The notes: generated from the sequence alone by a model not told the origin. A DNA stretch of 64,000 nt from Hyphomonadaceae bacterium (GCA_965262255.1 OZ253505.1:3177406-3241405), one strand, 5' to 3'. Shown: positions 26,838 to 37,800, numbered from the stretch's first letter. A program made the numbers and translations.

Positions 26838-29736
26838 CAATAGCAGTTCCAATCCTAAGAAGGTAGAATCACTACAACACAAAGGTGCGAAACGCAGGAT
26901 AATACCTACTGCCGAGTTGCAATCTACCGCTGAAGATATAGAAAAACAGGATCCGTTTGAACCTGTAGTTTATAGACGAAATAGCCGATTACCTAAGGGA
27001 GAAAAGTATCAACGCGATGAGGATATTGATCCACAGATCATTTGGAAAGGAGCCAGCGTTCGCCTAAACAAGGATCAAGCCGAAGACTTGAAGCTAGGTA
27101 AAGAGATAGAGTTGGGTGAAGCTCAGCTGACGTGGCGCGGTAAGGACGCTCAGGACTGGTCGGACCTCGTTGTTCAAGCTCCACCTCTTTACATACAGGA
27201 GAAAATTCATCCTAAGCAAATCATAAAAGATCTTGAAGTGCAGACAAAGGCTCGCCGGCAGGAGGAAGGGGAGATGTTTGACTTCTTTGGTGACTTTAAC
27301 GGAATTGACCCTGGCACAAAGACAGAGTTTTATAAACACGATCAGAATTGGCAAAACCGGTTGATTCTTGGTGATAGTCTGCAAGTTATGGCAAGCCTTG
27401 CCGAACGGGAGAATCTAAAAGACAAAGTCCAATGCGTATTTATTGACCCGCCTTACGGAATTAGTTTTGGTTCGAATTGGCAGGTTTCCACTCGTTCTCG
27501 ATCAGTAAAAGATGGCAATCTCGAGGAAATCACGCGAGACCCTGAGCAAGTAAAAGCTTTTCGTGATACTTGGAGAGACGGAATCCACAGTTATCTCACT
27601 TATTTGCGAGATCGACTAACAGTCATCAAAGATTTGCTCAATGATTCGGGTTCAATTTTCGTCCAAATTGGCGACAAGAACGTACATAGGGTTCGTTGTC
27701 TTCTAGATGAGGTTTTCGGAGAAGAGAATTTTGTGTCGTCCATCAATTTTCGCACAATGAGTCCTTTGAGCGCGACCAACATAACCAATGTCTATGATCA
27801 TATTCTTTGGTACGCAAAGTCGTTGCCTGTAATGAAGTATCGAAACATTTACCAAAGCCGAGAAATTTCTGATGAACCGGAGTTTAGATTTGTTTCAGAT
27901 GAAGCTGGTTACGCGCATGAGATTAAGAAATCTCAAGATGTACTTGAGGCTAACAAAGATAAAGTATTTAAACGGTCGGTTTTGATGTCATCTGGCTTTG
28001 GGCCAACCTGTTTTTATCCGTTTGAGTTTGAAGGTAAAACTGTGCCAGTAGCCCAAAAGAGTTGGAGAACACACCGTACTGGTATGCAACGCTTAATCAA
28101 GGCAAATCGCCTGATCAGGTTAGGGAAAAGTGTCTATTTTCGACATTACCATAACGATTTTGGTTTAACCCACTTGGAAAACACTTGGACTGATACTGCG
28201 GCCGGATTCTCAGAAACGAAAATTTATGTAGTCCAAACACATCCTAAAGTTGTCCAGAGGTGCTTATTGATGACGACAGACCCTGGTGATCTTGTTTTAG
28301 ATCCAACTTGTGGATCTGGAACAACCGCTACATCAGCGGAACATTGGGGACGGCGTTGGATTACGATTGATTCTTCTCGAGTTTCGTTAGCATTGACTCG
28401 GACAAGGCTAATGGCATCGAAGTATCCCTATTATTATTTGGCGGACTCTAAGGACGGCGCAGTCTACCAGCAAAAAGTAAGTGGTGTGGCGACGGCAAAC
28501 GAGCATTTTGGAGAAGACATTAGACAGGGATTCGTGTTGCAACAAAAACCTAGGGTATACCTAAAAGATTTTGCCAATAACACCGAGATTGATGTCATTT
28601 GGGATAAATGGCAACGGCAATTAGAGGATATCCTTGAGGAATTGAATAACTCGTTAGGAGAAAAATGGAGAGACTGGGAGATTCCTCGCGAACCGAGAGT
28701 AGATTGGTCGCAAGAGGTTAAGAATCTACACGGAGATTACTGGGATGTTCGGACTAAACGTCAGCAAGAAATCGAAAAGTCAACGGCAGAGAAAGCAGAG
28801 ATAAAACATCTTTATGATAGACCCTATGAGGACAAGTCGAAAGTTCGTGTAGCCGGACCATTCACTGTCGAAAGTTTATCACCCCACAGAGTTATTCCCT
28901 CTGACGAAGACGGTTCTGTTGATATTAACGACGGTTTGAGTAGCACTCATTCGTCAATCAAAACTCCTAGTCAAGATTTCGCATCTATTGTGCTGGAGAA
29001 CTTGAAATCCTCTGGTGTACATCAATCTAAAAAGCGGGATCGAATTGCGTTTACAGATATTGAGGGCTGGCCGGGTGAGAATATTGCTGCTCAAGCTACG
29101 TTCGAGCAGGACGGAACGCCAAAGACAGCTGCAATTTTTATAGGCCCCGAATTCGGTACAGTTACTAAGCGAAATCTGGAGGTGGCTGCAATAGAGGCTA
29201 TAGAAATCCAGTGCGATGTTTTGATTGCTTGCGGATTCAACTTTGACGCTCACGCGTCGGACTTGAACAACTCGGGAACTTTACCAATTCTGAGAGCTAA
29301 AATGAACCCTGATCTTCACATGTCGGATGATTTGAAGAATACGGGGAAAGGAAACCTTTTTGTAGTTTTTGGTGAGCCTGATATTGAGTGGAGGTTTGAC
29401 GGTGACGGAAATATGGTTGTAGAAGTTCTGGGTATCGATGTGTATGACCCAAAAACGGGAGGAGTTCGGGCATCCGGAAAAGACGATATCGTGGCTTGGT
29501 TTATCGACACAGATTACAACGAAGAAAGTTTCTTTGTGCGTCATGCTTATTTTTGGGGTGCCAATGACCCGTACGGCGCGCTCAAAACCACCCTTAAAGC
29601 TGAGATTGACGAACAGGCATGGTCTACAGTTTATTCAGATGTCTCTCGTCCATTTAAGCGTCCATCAAATGGTTGCTTTGCAGTTAAGGTTATAAATCAC
29701 TTTGGGGATGAAGTGATGAAAGTCTTTAGAGTGTGA
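26830..29736 (+). CDS. mod: Type III-like DNA methyltransferase Mod subunit (N6/N4 beta-class motifs)
   Basis: Motif IV is VFIDPPYGISF and motif I is VLDPTCGSGTTA. The start overlaps the res tail by 8 nt (ATGGCTAG). Confidence 0.9.
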   Translation: MASNSSSNPKKVESLQHKGAKRRIIPTAELQSTAEDIEKQDPFEPVVYRRNSRLPKGEKYQRDEDIDPQIIWKGASVRLNKDQAEDLKLGKEIELGEAQLTWRGKDAQDWSDLVVQAPPLYIQEKIHPKQIIKDLEVQTKARRQEEGEMFDFFGDFNGIDPGTKTEFYKHDQNWQNRLILGDSLQVMASLAERENLKDKVQCVFIDPPYGISFGSNWQVSTRSRSVKDGNLEEITRDPEQVKAFRDTWRDGIHSYLTYLRDRLTVIKDLLNDSGSIFVQIGDKNVHRVRCLLDEVFGEENFVSSINFRTMSPLSATNITNVYDHILWYAKSLPVMKYRNIYQSREISDEPEFRFVSDEAGYAHEIKKSQDVLEANKDKVFKRSVLMSSGFGPTCFYPFEFEGKTVPVAQKSWRTHRTGMQRLIKANRLIRLGKSVYFRHYHNDFGLTHLENTWTDTAAGFSETKIYVVQTHPKVVQRCLLMTTDPGDLVLDPTCGSGTTATSAEHWGRRWITIDSSRVSLALTRTRLMASKYPYYYLADSKDGAVYQQKVSGVATANEHFGEDIRQGFVLQQKPRVYLKDFANNTEIDVIWDKWQRQLEDILEELNNSLGEKWRDWEIPREPRVDWSQEVKNLHGDYWDVRTKRQQEIEKSTAEKAEIKHLYDRPYEDKSKVRVAGPFTVESLSPHRVIPSDEDGSVDINDGLSSTHSSIKTPSQDFASIVLENLKSSGVHQSKKRDRIAFTDIEGWPGENIAAQATFEQDGTPKTAAIFIGPEFGTVTKRNLEVAAIEAIEIQCDVLIACGFNFDAHASDLNNSGTLPILRAKMNPDLHMSDDLKNTGKGNLFVVFGEPDIEWRFDGDGNMVVEVLGIDVYDPKTGGVRASGKDDIVAWFIDTDYNEESFFVRHAYFWGANDPYGALKTTLKAEIDEQAWSTVYSDVSRPFKRPSNGCFAVKVINHFGDEVMKVFRV

Positions 29737-29904
29737 TTAGTGAAAAGGTTTCGAGAGTTAAACGCTTTGTGACCATGTTTTTTGCGATACCAGTCTCAAC
29801 CTGACGGTCTGGCAAAGCATGGGTTCGATTTTACTTTCGTGTTGTTCAACCGAGTTAAACGGGCAGTGGAGTATTGGCATTTCCCTTGAAAGTGAATTTT
29901 CCGA

Positions 29905-30021
29905 ACATCCTATTTCCAGACTTATCATTGCATTACCGAGGAAGCTATTGAGGATATGGCGAAGGAGTTTGAGGTCAGTACGATGGCGATGGCAATTCGC
30001 ATTGGGAACATTTGGAATTGA
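29905..30021 (+). pseudogene. C-terminal remnant of an ImmA/IrrE-type peptidase (weak)
   Basis: ..ITEEAIEDMAKEFEVSTMAMAIRIGNIWN* resembles the la..f.VS......Rl tail of COG2856 proteins. No upstream catalytic part is present. Confidence 0.3.
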
Positions 30022-30204
30022 GGTAGTTTTAGGTACCCTAGAGCAATGCATAATCAAACAGCACTTGCTTGAGAACGACTGTGAGAACTGTTTGCCTGCG
30101 CCGGCGGATAATTTTGAATAATCTTAATGCCGTCTTGTTCCGGTCATATCTCAGAAGGAAGTTGGAACTTCGCCAAAAGAGGCAGTTCCTCCAGACTCTA
30201 TCGT

Positions 30205-31344
30205 TCATTGGTTGTTCTCGGTGTCGTTATCATTTTGTGAAACTGTTTCGTCGATAAACAAATGATTTGCAATTTTCAGTTTCAAAGATTCCTTTTTTTC
30301 ATTGTCGTCTAGCAATGCAAAATAAGGTCCTGCAGAAACGAGAGTCAGCTCTCGTCTTCGATGTCTTTGTTCATTTATCCGGTGTTTGGTTGATTCGCGA
30401 GCACAGTAAAAGGCTGTAATAAAGAATGCGCTTGAAACTGTTGCTCGGGTTAGCAACTCCTTCCAACTAAAATCATAAAAATGGGAAGGAAATAAGCTGA
30501 CAGCCAGTGGTGCTGCGAGCAAGACGCTGGCAATTACCATTAGGGAAATGCTGACGATCCTCAGACGGTCAGCGGAATCTTTATCCTCATTCGCTTGTTT
30601 TTTGTATGATCCTGCTTGAGTTGCATCAATGATTACGCCAAGAATCTTTTGAGCGTCATCCTTGGCAGAGTCCATTTCGTCAAGAGACTGCTTGGCTTGC
30701 TCACCGTATTCTTCTAGCTCAACATTGAACCTTTCTGTTCTCTTCGCCTCTGTGTCCGCGAACTTATTGTCGAACCCTTGCACGAATTCGTCAAGTTTGT
30801 TGTTTGCTTCGGCATACCTGGTTTCATAGGCATTCTGCTTGCTTTTTTGATCTTTCTGTTGGTCGGAAATTTTAGTTTGCAACTCTAGCAACTCCTGTCG
30901 TAACTTTTCATACAAAAGATTGTGCTGATCAGTTTGTTCGTTTATGGCTTCGGCATAGGCTTTCGCTGCAGAGGTTAAACTGCGTTCAACGTTACTACTG
31001 GATGTTATGACTAGTTGTCCGATGAAGTGCATGATGCAACTAAGTTCGTGATTCGCATTCTGCAATTCCGCTATGTCCGTATTTAGAATAAAGTTTGAGA
31101 TGCTGTTAATGAAATTATCCAAGTGAGGGCTTGCATCAGATAGTACTTGTAAATTTGACAACTCAGGATCGATTCCTTGCAAAATTAGATCAATGAACCG
31201 TTTGACCTTCTTTAGTCGAGCGTACTCTAACGCGACTGGCTTATGTGACAACACTGATTTATCAATATTTTGCAGCATATCTTCTATGAGAGACCACTGC
31301 TTGACAAAATGTAGCTGTTCAAATTCTTCGTTCCATCGTGACAT
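30205..31344 (-). CDS. Hypothetical coiled-coil protein with two C-terminal transmembrane helices
   Basis: A long heptad-rich region precedes LRIVSISLMVIASVLLAAPLAVSLF and ATVSSAFFITAFYCA. I recognised no family. Confidence 0.5.
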   Translation of the reverse strand: MSRWNEEFEQLHFVKQWSLIEDMLQNIDKSVLSHKPVALEYARLKKVKRFIDLILQGIDPELSNLQVLSDASPHLDNFINSISNFILNTDIAELQNANHELSCIMHFIGQLVITSSSNVERSLTSAAKAYAEAINEQTDQHNLLYEKLRQELLELQTKISDQQKDQKSKQNAYETRYAEANNKLDEFVQGFDNKFADTEAKRTERFNVELEEYGEQAKQSLDEMDSAKDDAQKILGVIIDATQAGSYKKQANEDKDSADRLRIVSISLMVIASVLLAAPLAVSLFPSHFYDFSWKELLTRATVSSAFFITAFYCARESTKHRINEQRHRRRELTLVSAGPYFALLDDNEKKESLKLKIANHLFIDETVSQNDNDTENNQ

Positions 31345-32493
31345 AATTTTATTCCTTTTTTGGGGATAGACTTGGTAAGGAGCGGTCGGTGTTTTTTTGC
31401 TTTATTCTCGAGTATTCTATCAGTGGTCACTGGGAATGTGCAAATTTCTTTATGCTGGTTGTTCTTAGTATAGCGGATTTGATTCAGTATCTTTGTTTCG
31501 AAATATCGAAGGAAACTAGAAAAAATCACCTCCTTGAGTATCTAGTGCGCTCAATCGGATTTGCGATATTGAAGGTTAGAACCATACTCAAAGCTAGCCG
31601 GCTTGAAGGGGAGCGAATCGCAAATCGATTTGGGAAGACCGTTGCAAAACGCGATACTAGCCTTGCTTGTCATTGATTATAGTCCATCCAAAATGCCATT
31701 CACACTATGCAAGTTGCGGGAGGGGTCTAGGTTGCGATATCAAGACAACCAGTGTGAATCGAATCAAATTACCAACTACGTCAAACGAAAGTACGTCATT
31801 TAACTACAGCTATGGCCGGCAAAAGATCATTTACCGAAATATATGCAACTAATTTAGCATTCGTTTGGGGATGCTCTGATACCAGTTGATTCGCGTATAC
31901 TTGGTGACACGATGGGAGGCTGTTACGTAAGGCTATCCTCGAGTGTGCTTCGCTAGCATCTCACCGCCTCGACCAGTAACGACTTTTATTCTAACGTTAG
32001 GTTCCACTTGAATTACGAAAATTCAACAATACCATGTACTCTCCGCTCGTTTCGCGACAGTCGCTTCTCATACACATAGCACCAGTTTGATTTTCCATAA
32101 TCGAAGTAAGCATAATGGGGATTACAAAGATGTGACTACAATTACGAAAAATCGCTACGTCTGTCGAAGGCTATGTGGATGGTACTCGAAGTCGGTCTAA
32201 GACCTTGGCGACAGTTCGCGATTAGACGTTTTTCCAGCGAAGAATTTTTCTCAATCGAACAACGCTAAGTGATTTGATGCAGAATAATGGTCGGAAGTTA
32301 AACGAGAAAGTTACGAGGAAAAGGGTCAGTGTGTAGACTCTCAAGAAATGTGGTATCATAGCTTCGGATTATCCCAATCTTCTCGTCCGGCAACTATAGA
32401 ATTTCCTCGAATCGGCTTATAGAGAGGATATCGTGAGACAATGTTTGTAAGAGACGATTTCAAAATACAACCTCAACCCAAACGAAGGATGCT

Positions 32494-33006
32494 ATGAGTG
32501 AGCCATTTGATACGATTTTGAATCGAGTTTCGTCGTACAATCTCTTTAACTACTTGCTTCCGGGAACAATTTTCTGTGTACTGATGGAAAAAATGTTCGG
32601 GCTGCCCCTCCTAATAGAGAATCTTTTTGCGGCATTTTTCTTCTATTACTTCGTCGGCTTGGTGATAAGTCGCATAGGCTCTCTGACCATCGAACCAGCA
32701 CTCTTGAAGTTCAATTTTGTAAAATTTCGACCTTACGATGAATTTGAGCAAGCCTCCAAACTCAATAACAAAATCAGCATTTTGTCTGAACAAAATAACA
32801 CTTATCGTTCGTTGATTTCGCTACCTCTTTGCATTGGTTTGTATTACGCGGGAAGCATGATCGCTTTGCATTTTGAAATCGCGCCTTATGTCTATCACGT
32901 TGTGTTTTTGGTTGCAGTTTTCGTATTGTTTCTTTTCTCGTATCGCAAACAAACTCAGTACGTAGTCAAAAACATCAAATCAACATTGAAAAATCGTAAA
33001 ATATAG
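32494..33006 (+). CDS. Hypothetical polytopic membrane protein
   Basis: Four hydrophobic segments are visible, e.g. LFAAFFFYYFVGLVISRIG and VVFLVAVFVLFLF. Confidence 0.45.
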   Translation: MSEPFDTILNRVSSYNLFNYLLPGTIFCVLMEKMFGLPLLIENLFAAFFFYYFVGLVISRIGSLTIEPALLKFNFVKFRPYDEFEQASKLNNKISILSEQNNTYRSLISLPLCIGLYYAGSMIALHFEIAPYVYHVVFLVAVFVLFLFSYRKQTQYVVKNIKSTLKNRKI

Positions 33007-33109
33007 TTATTTGCATACTTGCTGCTTGGCTGAAACGCCTTGGAACAGATTCAACTTTTGCGATACTAGGCGCTAGTCACATCCTAGTGTTGCTTCAAAC
33101 AAGAACACT

Positions 33110-33985
33110 ATGTCCCCGACCAAAGTTCACTTTATAAACGTAGGCCAAGGCAATATGGTCTTAATCCAGTCAGAAACTGGTCACAACTTCCTAATGGACT
33201 GCAACGTTACAGAAGTTAATCAACACAGGGTTCTCGCCTATGTTGGGGAACAAATTGGCTGGAGATCGCCAATTACGGCTTTCATATGCTCCCATAGAGA
33301 TGCAGATCACATAAGGGGGATAGAGAAGGTTCACGAAATTTTTCCGATTCAGGAAGTTTGGGACTCAGATTATCCGGGCACAGCAACCGACTCGCCAGAG
33401 TATCGTAACTATATGTATGTCCGTAGCCACCTGCCGAATAGGCGTGTCATTAGTTGCCGCGACCCCTTTATTTATGGTTCTACTAAACTGCTATGTCTTT
33501 CAGCGCAAGACAAGAGACTCGAAAAGAGTGCCAATGCCCAAGGGATTGTATTGAAAGTGGAACACCGCCTTAGTTATTCGAACTTATGTGTTGGAAGCGT
33601 CATGTTGACGGGCGACAGCGACGCAAGTACATGGAAGGACGGGATACTAAAAGATTTTCATCCAAGTGTACTGAAGTCTGATATCCTGATGGCTGGGCAT
33701 CATGGATCTGACACTTTTTTCGAGAGTTCAGCTGGATATGCATTCGATACACGTTATACTTCTCACATAGAGGCAATTTCTCCGGATATGTGTGTTATAT
33801 CTGTCGGTTCTAACGGATACGGGCACCCGGACAGAAGAGCATTAGATATTTATGAACGTTATAGCCGAGGATCTAAGAATGGGATGAAGATCGCGAGAAC
33901 TGATCTCCAAGGTACAATAAGGCTCGAGATAGGATTATCGTCGACGCAAAACGGAGGGAACTGGGAAATGAAGTTCTTTTGCTGA
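33110..33985 (+). CDS. Metallo-beta-lactamase-fold protein (ComEC/Rec2-type MBL domain)
   Basis: VHFINVGQGNMVLIQ, CSHRDADHIRG, LTGDSDAS and LMAGHHGSD follow the ComEC-type MBL motif order. Confidence 0.7.
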   Translation: MSPTKVHFINVGQGNMVLIQSETGHNFLMDCNVTEVNQHRVLAYVGEQIGWRSPITAFICSHRDADHIRGIEKVHEIFPIQEVWDSDYPGTATDSPEYRNYMYVRSHLPNRRVISCRDPFIYGSTKLLCLSAQDKRLEKSANAQGIVLKVEHRLSYSNLCVGSVMLTGDSDASTWKDGILKDFHPSVLKSDILMAGHHGSDTFFESSAGYAFDTRYTSHIEAISPDMCVISVGSNGYGHPDRRALDIYERYSRGSKNGMKIARTDLQGTIRLEIGLSSTQNGGNWEMKFFC

Positions 33986-34158
33986 TCAAATGGGGGCTAC
34001 CGGGTAACGATTCTCTTGAATCGATTTGTGATCGAAATTTATAGTCTTCCCACCACTACTACAATTATTCTTGGCATTGTTTTGCATTGAAAAATGTTCT
34101 TGCGACTGATGATCTGTTCAGTGAATGCATTGTATCTTTCAGCCATGTGTTGAATGAG

Positions 34159-34899
34159 TTAAACAGGTAGTTCGTCCCAAGTTTTTCCATCAAGGATTCG
34201 TCCTGTTTTCTTTTTGTTTGGGCCACCCCACTGCTTGAAGTGAAAAGCTACATTTTGTGAGACACACTGGTCTCTTATCCTCCGAACCCAGTCTGGACTC
34301 AATGGTCTTGCATTTGGTCCACTCTCACCTCCTACTATTACCCATCCGATTCCGCTCAAATTGATTTGACCTAAAGGCCCTAGCAATGGTTCGAGGCTCA
34401 GAAAACGTACGTGAGAAGGGACTCTTCGTAGACTAGCAATTCGCGGGTAATAGTCTTGGTTTTCAACACTGACTCCCATCCATATATTTGACGACCAAGT
34501 TAGTTTTCTTGCTAGTTCTTCGAGGCGATCTGCTCTTTTCGTGAGAATCTGGTAGGTATGTTGAGGAGTATCATTCATTACATCAAACACATCTTGGATA
34601 AAATCTATGGGAACATTCTCGTGAAACAAATCTGACATGCTGTTTACGAAAATTGTACGACCATTCTTCCAGTTTCTAGGATACTCTAGAGTCTTATAGT
34701 CACAGTGGATTTTACCATTCCATTTGGCACGACCGCCTGTTTGTCGCGTTAAGCCGACATACTTCTTCTGTCCCATTAGTGACAGTCGTGCTGCCATGCG
34801 CATGGCATAACAATTGGTACATCCGGGGGACACGACGGTACATCCAGCCACAGGGTTCCAGGTGGTTTCAGTCCACTCAATCGAAGACTTACTGACCAT
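34159..34899 (-). CDS. Phage Gp37/Gp68 family protein (DUF5131)
   Basis: [32 protein letters not shown] is the characteristic N-terminus of the family. Confidence 0.8.
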   Translation of the reverse strand: MVSKSSIEWTETTWNPVAGCTVVSPGCTNCYAMRMAARLSLMGQKKYVGLTRQTGGRAKWNGKIHCDYKTLEYPRNWKNGRTIFVNSMSDLFHENVPIDFIQDVFDVMNDTPQHTYQILTKRADRLEELARKLTWSSNIWMGVSVENQDYYPRIASLRRVPSHVRFLSLEPLLGPLGQINLSGIGWVIVGGESGPNARPLSPDWVRRIRDQCVSQNVAFHFKQWGGPNKKKTGRILDGKTWDELPV

Positions 34900-34926
34900 T
34901 TGTTCAACTCGCAGGAAAAGTAATTT

Positions 34927-35124
34927 TCACCTATCGACTATTGTAGGGTTCCGGTTTAGTCTCGGACGCTCCGTCGCGGGCGGATTTACCTTGATTCTAT
35001 TGTCCTTCTCAAGTTCAATCAGCTTGGCCATATAATGCTCTTCTATAAATGGTTTACCTACATAATGTTCTCGGTATGTATCATACACTGTCAATGTTCG
35101 AACTAGAAAGTTTTGTTCGTGCAA
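34927..35124 (-). CDS. Short ORF, possibly the 3' remnant of a gp37 partner gene cut by an IS481 end
   Basis: It ends 27 nt before the gp37 start. Its 5' side abuts the solo IS481 terminus at 35139. Function not recognised. Confidence 0.25.
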   Translation of the reverse strand: MHEQNFLVRTLTVYDTYREHYVGKPFIEEHYMAKLIELEKDNRIKVNPPATERPRLNRNPTIVDR

Positions 35125-35138
35125 GGTCTTGCAAGCCC

Positions 35139-35185
35139 AATCCCTGACATGTGTTTGCGGGACTATACACTATATCAGTCCCTAA
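35139..35185. repeat. Solo IS481 right-end remnant
   Basis: caatccctgacatgtgtttgcgggactatacactatatcagtccc matches the ends of the IS481 copies at about 42800..42846 and 50470..50510. Confidence 0.7.
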
Positions 35186-35204
35186 ATTTTGTGTTACAAT
35201 AGAC

Positions 35205-35295
35205 GTGGAAGATCTCCTACTGGTGATGCTAATTCCAACTTACAGTATAGACGATCTTCCTTTTTTTGTGAAGAACCTATTTTGGTTCCATATCT
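35205..35295. repeat. Hairpin repeat family, divergent copy d
   Basis: ggaagatctcc ... cgatcttcc tttttttgtgaagaaccta is closest to copy e. Confidence 0.6.
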
Positions 35296-35520
35296 CCCGA
35301 GTCAGGTCACATATCAAGAATTTCGTCACATTCTCAAAGACAATACAACTATGTCATTTTGGTTGAAACCCTCGGCGCATCAACGAAAAAACGTGTGCAC
35401 TGATTCGCTGTATATTTGAACAGTTCCGTATACAATTGTGGTTTCGCAGGTTATACTGATTTTCAAACCTCTCACTGGATGAATAAGCTCCGTAGGATTC
35501 ATATTTAGAAGACTTCTTTT

Positions 35521-37800
35521 TCACCATTCTTTTGCAACTTCAATTCGAGCTTTAAGTTCAACAGCTTGTTCTTGTAACTTACCTGGTTCCATTTTAATCG
35601 TATCTAATCTTTCGATGGCCTTTTCTAAGTCGATGAACATTCTCAGATCACTTAGAGAAATAGACCAACGATCACCAAACTCGCTCGATGATTGCATCGT
35701 AGAAAATATTTCAATAAATTTAAGTAAGTAGGAATCATCCTTAATGGTATCTTCTATCCACAATCGCATCTCAGATTGCTCGACATCATCGGCTAGATCG
35801 TGCCATGCGTAGAACACCCACTTAGATTCGAAAACACTAAATATGAAATTCTTATCTCGGATCAAGCGTCTAATTATGCGCAATGCTGTTTCTTTTAGAG
35901 TAGCTAGTTCACGTTCATTCATCCAATTTGGTTCGTCAAAACTTTGATCGAAAGGAAGCGTTCCATGTATCTTTAATATATTACGAATGAAAAACAGAAT
36001 CCAAGATTTAGACTGACCGTTCTCAAGTGTATCGAACATCTCTGTCATTCTAATTTGACTTGCAATTGGCTTTAGCAAAGTAATTGTAAGCGACTGTGCC
36101 TTCCAAAACATGATATATTCTTTGTTATATGCATCTGACTTAGTGTCTGCTATCGGATCGATAGAATTTACCAAAACCTTAAACACACTCAATCGATCGG
36201 CGTCAGACATTTCGTCGTTCTCAGCCATTGACTCGATTAATTCGATTATTCTTTCAGCTTCAGTTCCTCCAGAGGATAGTTCATTCTTAGATGCTCTTAA
36301 AAGTTCCTCAGCTAAATTGTCTGGCTGTTCTGTCGAATGCTTAATGAGATCGCTTATCTTTTCTAAACTCCATCCTAATGATACGTCTGCATAACTAAAA
36401 TAATTCCGCCAGTGAAGGTCGCTTGCTAGCCGTTTTGTCTTACGATTGTTGAAGACTTTCCTGTCGTCCACGGGGGTAAAAAGTTTAAACATATATCGAC
36501 TCTCGTTTTCATCCGCTTCTTCGTCTTTAGCAATAAGACGTTCAATCCCTGGTATAGCCCCGGCTAGCAACGGTTCAATACTTTCAAGTGTAGTGCCGTC
36601 TTCCTTACATGCTAGTATAAGGTTAGAGAGGTACCTACCCCTTTCTATTTTGAGTCGCTCTGGGTCTTCAAACAGATAAGAGTTCATACGTGCACTATAC
36701 ATACGTGCACTATACATACGTGAGTAGTCTCGAATCCAATTGTACAAACGTGGATATTTCATTTCCAGAGTCCATACAAATGTAGCGTCTGCTGGATCGA
36801 TTTTGTTCTCTGATAGACGTAAACGAAACGCCATTAGATTGAGTAGGCGAGAAATATCTCTAGGGTAACCAGCACTACCGACTTGAAACAAGTTTTGAAT
36901 TGTAAGATCGAGTCGTTTCTTACATTCAGAACTTAGTTCATCTATGGCAATTAGACGATATAGTTTTTTCTGTAGGTGTTGAGACAATATTGATGACGAA
37001 ACTTCAGGTACCTTTATAGGAAGTTGTATGATTTTCTCTAAGTAATGATGCCCATCGATACGCAAATGATCAGTTAGCATTTGTGCCACCTTGTCATGAT
37101 CGTAAGATAAAAGATATACAATGTATGGAAGGTTAGCCGTAGAGCGAACCAAGCGCAGTATATTCTGAATTTCTATTGGTTCCAGTCGATCAATGTCGTC
37201 AAGAACTACAAGAACTGGAGTTTTATGTTGGTTAAGTTGTTTGATGACATCTTCTTTGATATCCTCTAAGCTTCTATTGGATTTATTGGGACATAACCAT
37301 GATACGATAAGGTTAAAAACTTTTATCATAAAGCCTATAAGATTCAAGTTCGCCCAATCCAGGTTACTTAACTCTAGGTTTAAGCCGTGTATTGTCTTTG
37401 AGACGTACTTTGCATAAGTGCGAAGTGTATCGATTTGTTTTTTGCTCGAGCTCTTCGATCTGATTTTTTCCTCCAAAGCAGGCAGAAATTTCGCCAGAAT
37501 AGATTCATGGTTTCCAATAATCCATGGAGAATATTTTAGGACTATATGATTCTCTGTTCTGTTTGGTCTCTCAAGATTTCGAAGTACTAAGTTTATCAAT
37601 GATGTTTTTCCTGATCCCCATGGACCAGTTACCCCAAGGACGAGGCTGTCAGGTTGCTTAAAAGATCCAACGATTAAATCGGAGACAACTTTAGCTTGGA
37701 TCGAAAACCTGAAACTATCATCTTCCTTTTTGTTTATCGGAACATCCGCGCTGAGCGATACGTCGGTGGTATTATCTGTCATAGAATAATCCTTCATCAA
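35521..37800 (-). CDS. KAP-family P-loop NTPase
   Basis: VLGVTGPWGSGKTSLINLV is the Walker A in the KAP-typical G.WGsGKT context. VLVVLDDIDRLEP is the Walker B. A hydrophobic insert, LNLIGFMIKVFNLIVSWLC, lies between them. Confidence 0.8.
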   Translation of the reverse strand: MMKDYSMTDNTTDVSLSADVPINKKEDDSFRFSIQAKVVSDLIVGSFKQPDSLVLGVTGPWGSGKTSLINLVLRNLERPNRTENHIVLKYSPWIIGNHESILAKFLPALEEKIRSKSSSKKQIDTLRTYAKYVSKTIHGLNLELSNLDWANLNLIGFMIKVFNLIVSWLCPNKSNRSLEDIKEDVIKQLNQHKTPVLVVLDDIDRLEPIEIQNILRLVRSTANLPYIVYLLSYDHDKVAQMLTDHLRIDGHHYLEKIIQLPIKVPEVSSSILSQHLQKKLYRLIAIDELSSECKKRLDLTIQNLFQVGSAGYPRDISRLLNLMAFRLRLSENKIDPADATFVWTLEMKYPRLYNWIRDYSRMYSARMYSARMNSYLFEDPERLKIERGRYLSNLILACKEDGTTLESIEPLLAGAIPGIERLIAKDEEADENESRYMFKLFTPVDDRKVFNNRKTKRLASDLHWRNYFSYADVSLGWSLEKISDLIKHSTEQPDNLAEELLRASKNELSSGGTEAERIIELIESMAENDEMSDADRLSVFKVLVNSIDPIADTKSDAYNKEYIMFWKAQSLTITLLKPIASQIRMTEMFDTLENGQSKSWILFFIRNILKIHGTLPFDQSFDEPNWMNERELATLKETALRIIRRLIRDKNFIFSVFESKWVFYAWHDLADDVEQSEMRLWIEDTIKDDSYLLKFIEIFSTMQSSSEFGDRWSISLSDLRMFIDLEKAIERLDTIKMEPGKLQEQAVELKARIEVAKEW
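36685..36722. repeat. 15-bp in-frame tandem duplication inside the KAP gene
   Basis: catacgtgcactata occurs twice, followed by a partial copy. It encodes YSRMYSARMYSARM. Confidence 0.9.

Noticed and set aside
31345-32493. A 1.1-kb gap without ORFs, inspected for RNA genes or decayed coding sequence
   Set aside because: No convincing stem-loops, tRNA-like motifs, repeats or alignable pseudogene frames were found by eye. It would need covariance-model searches to say more.
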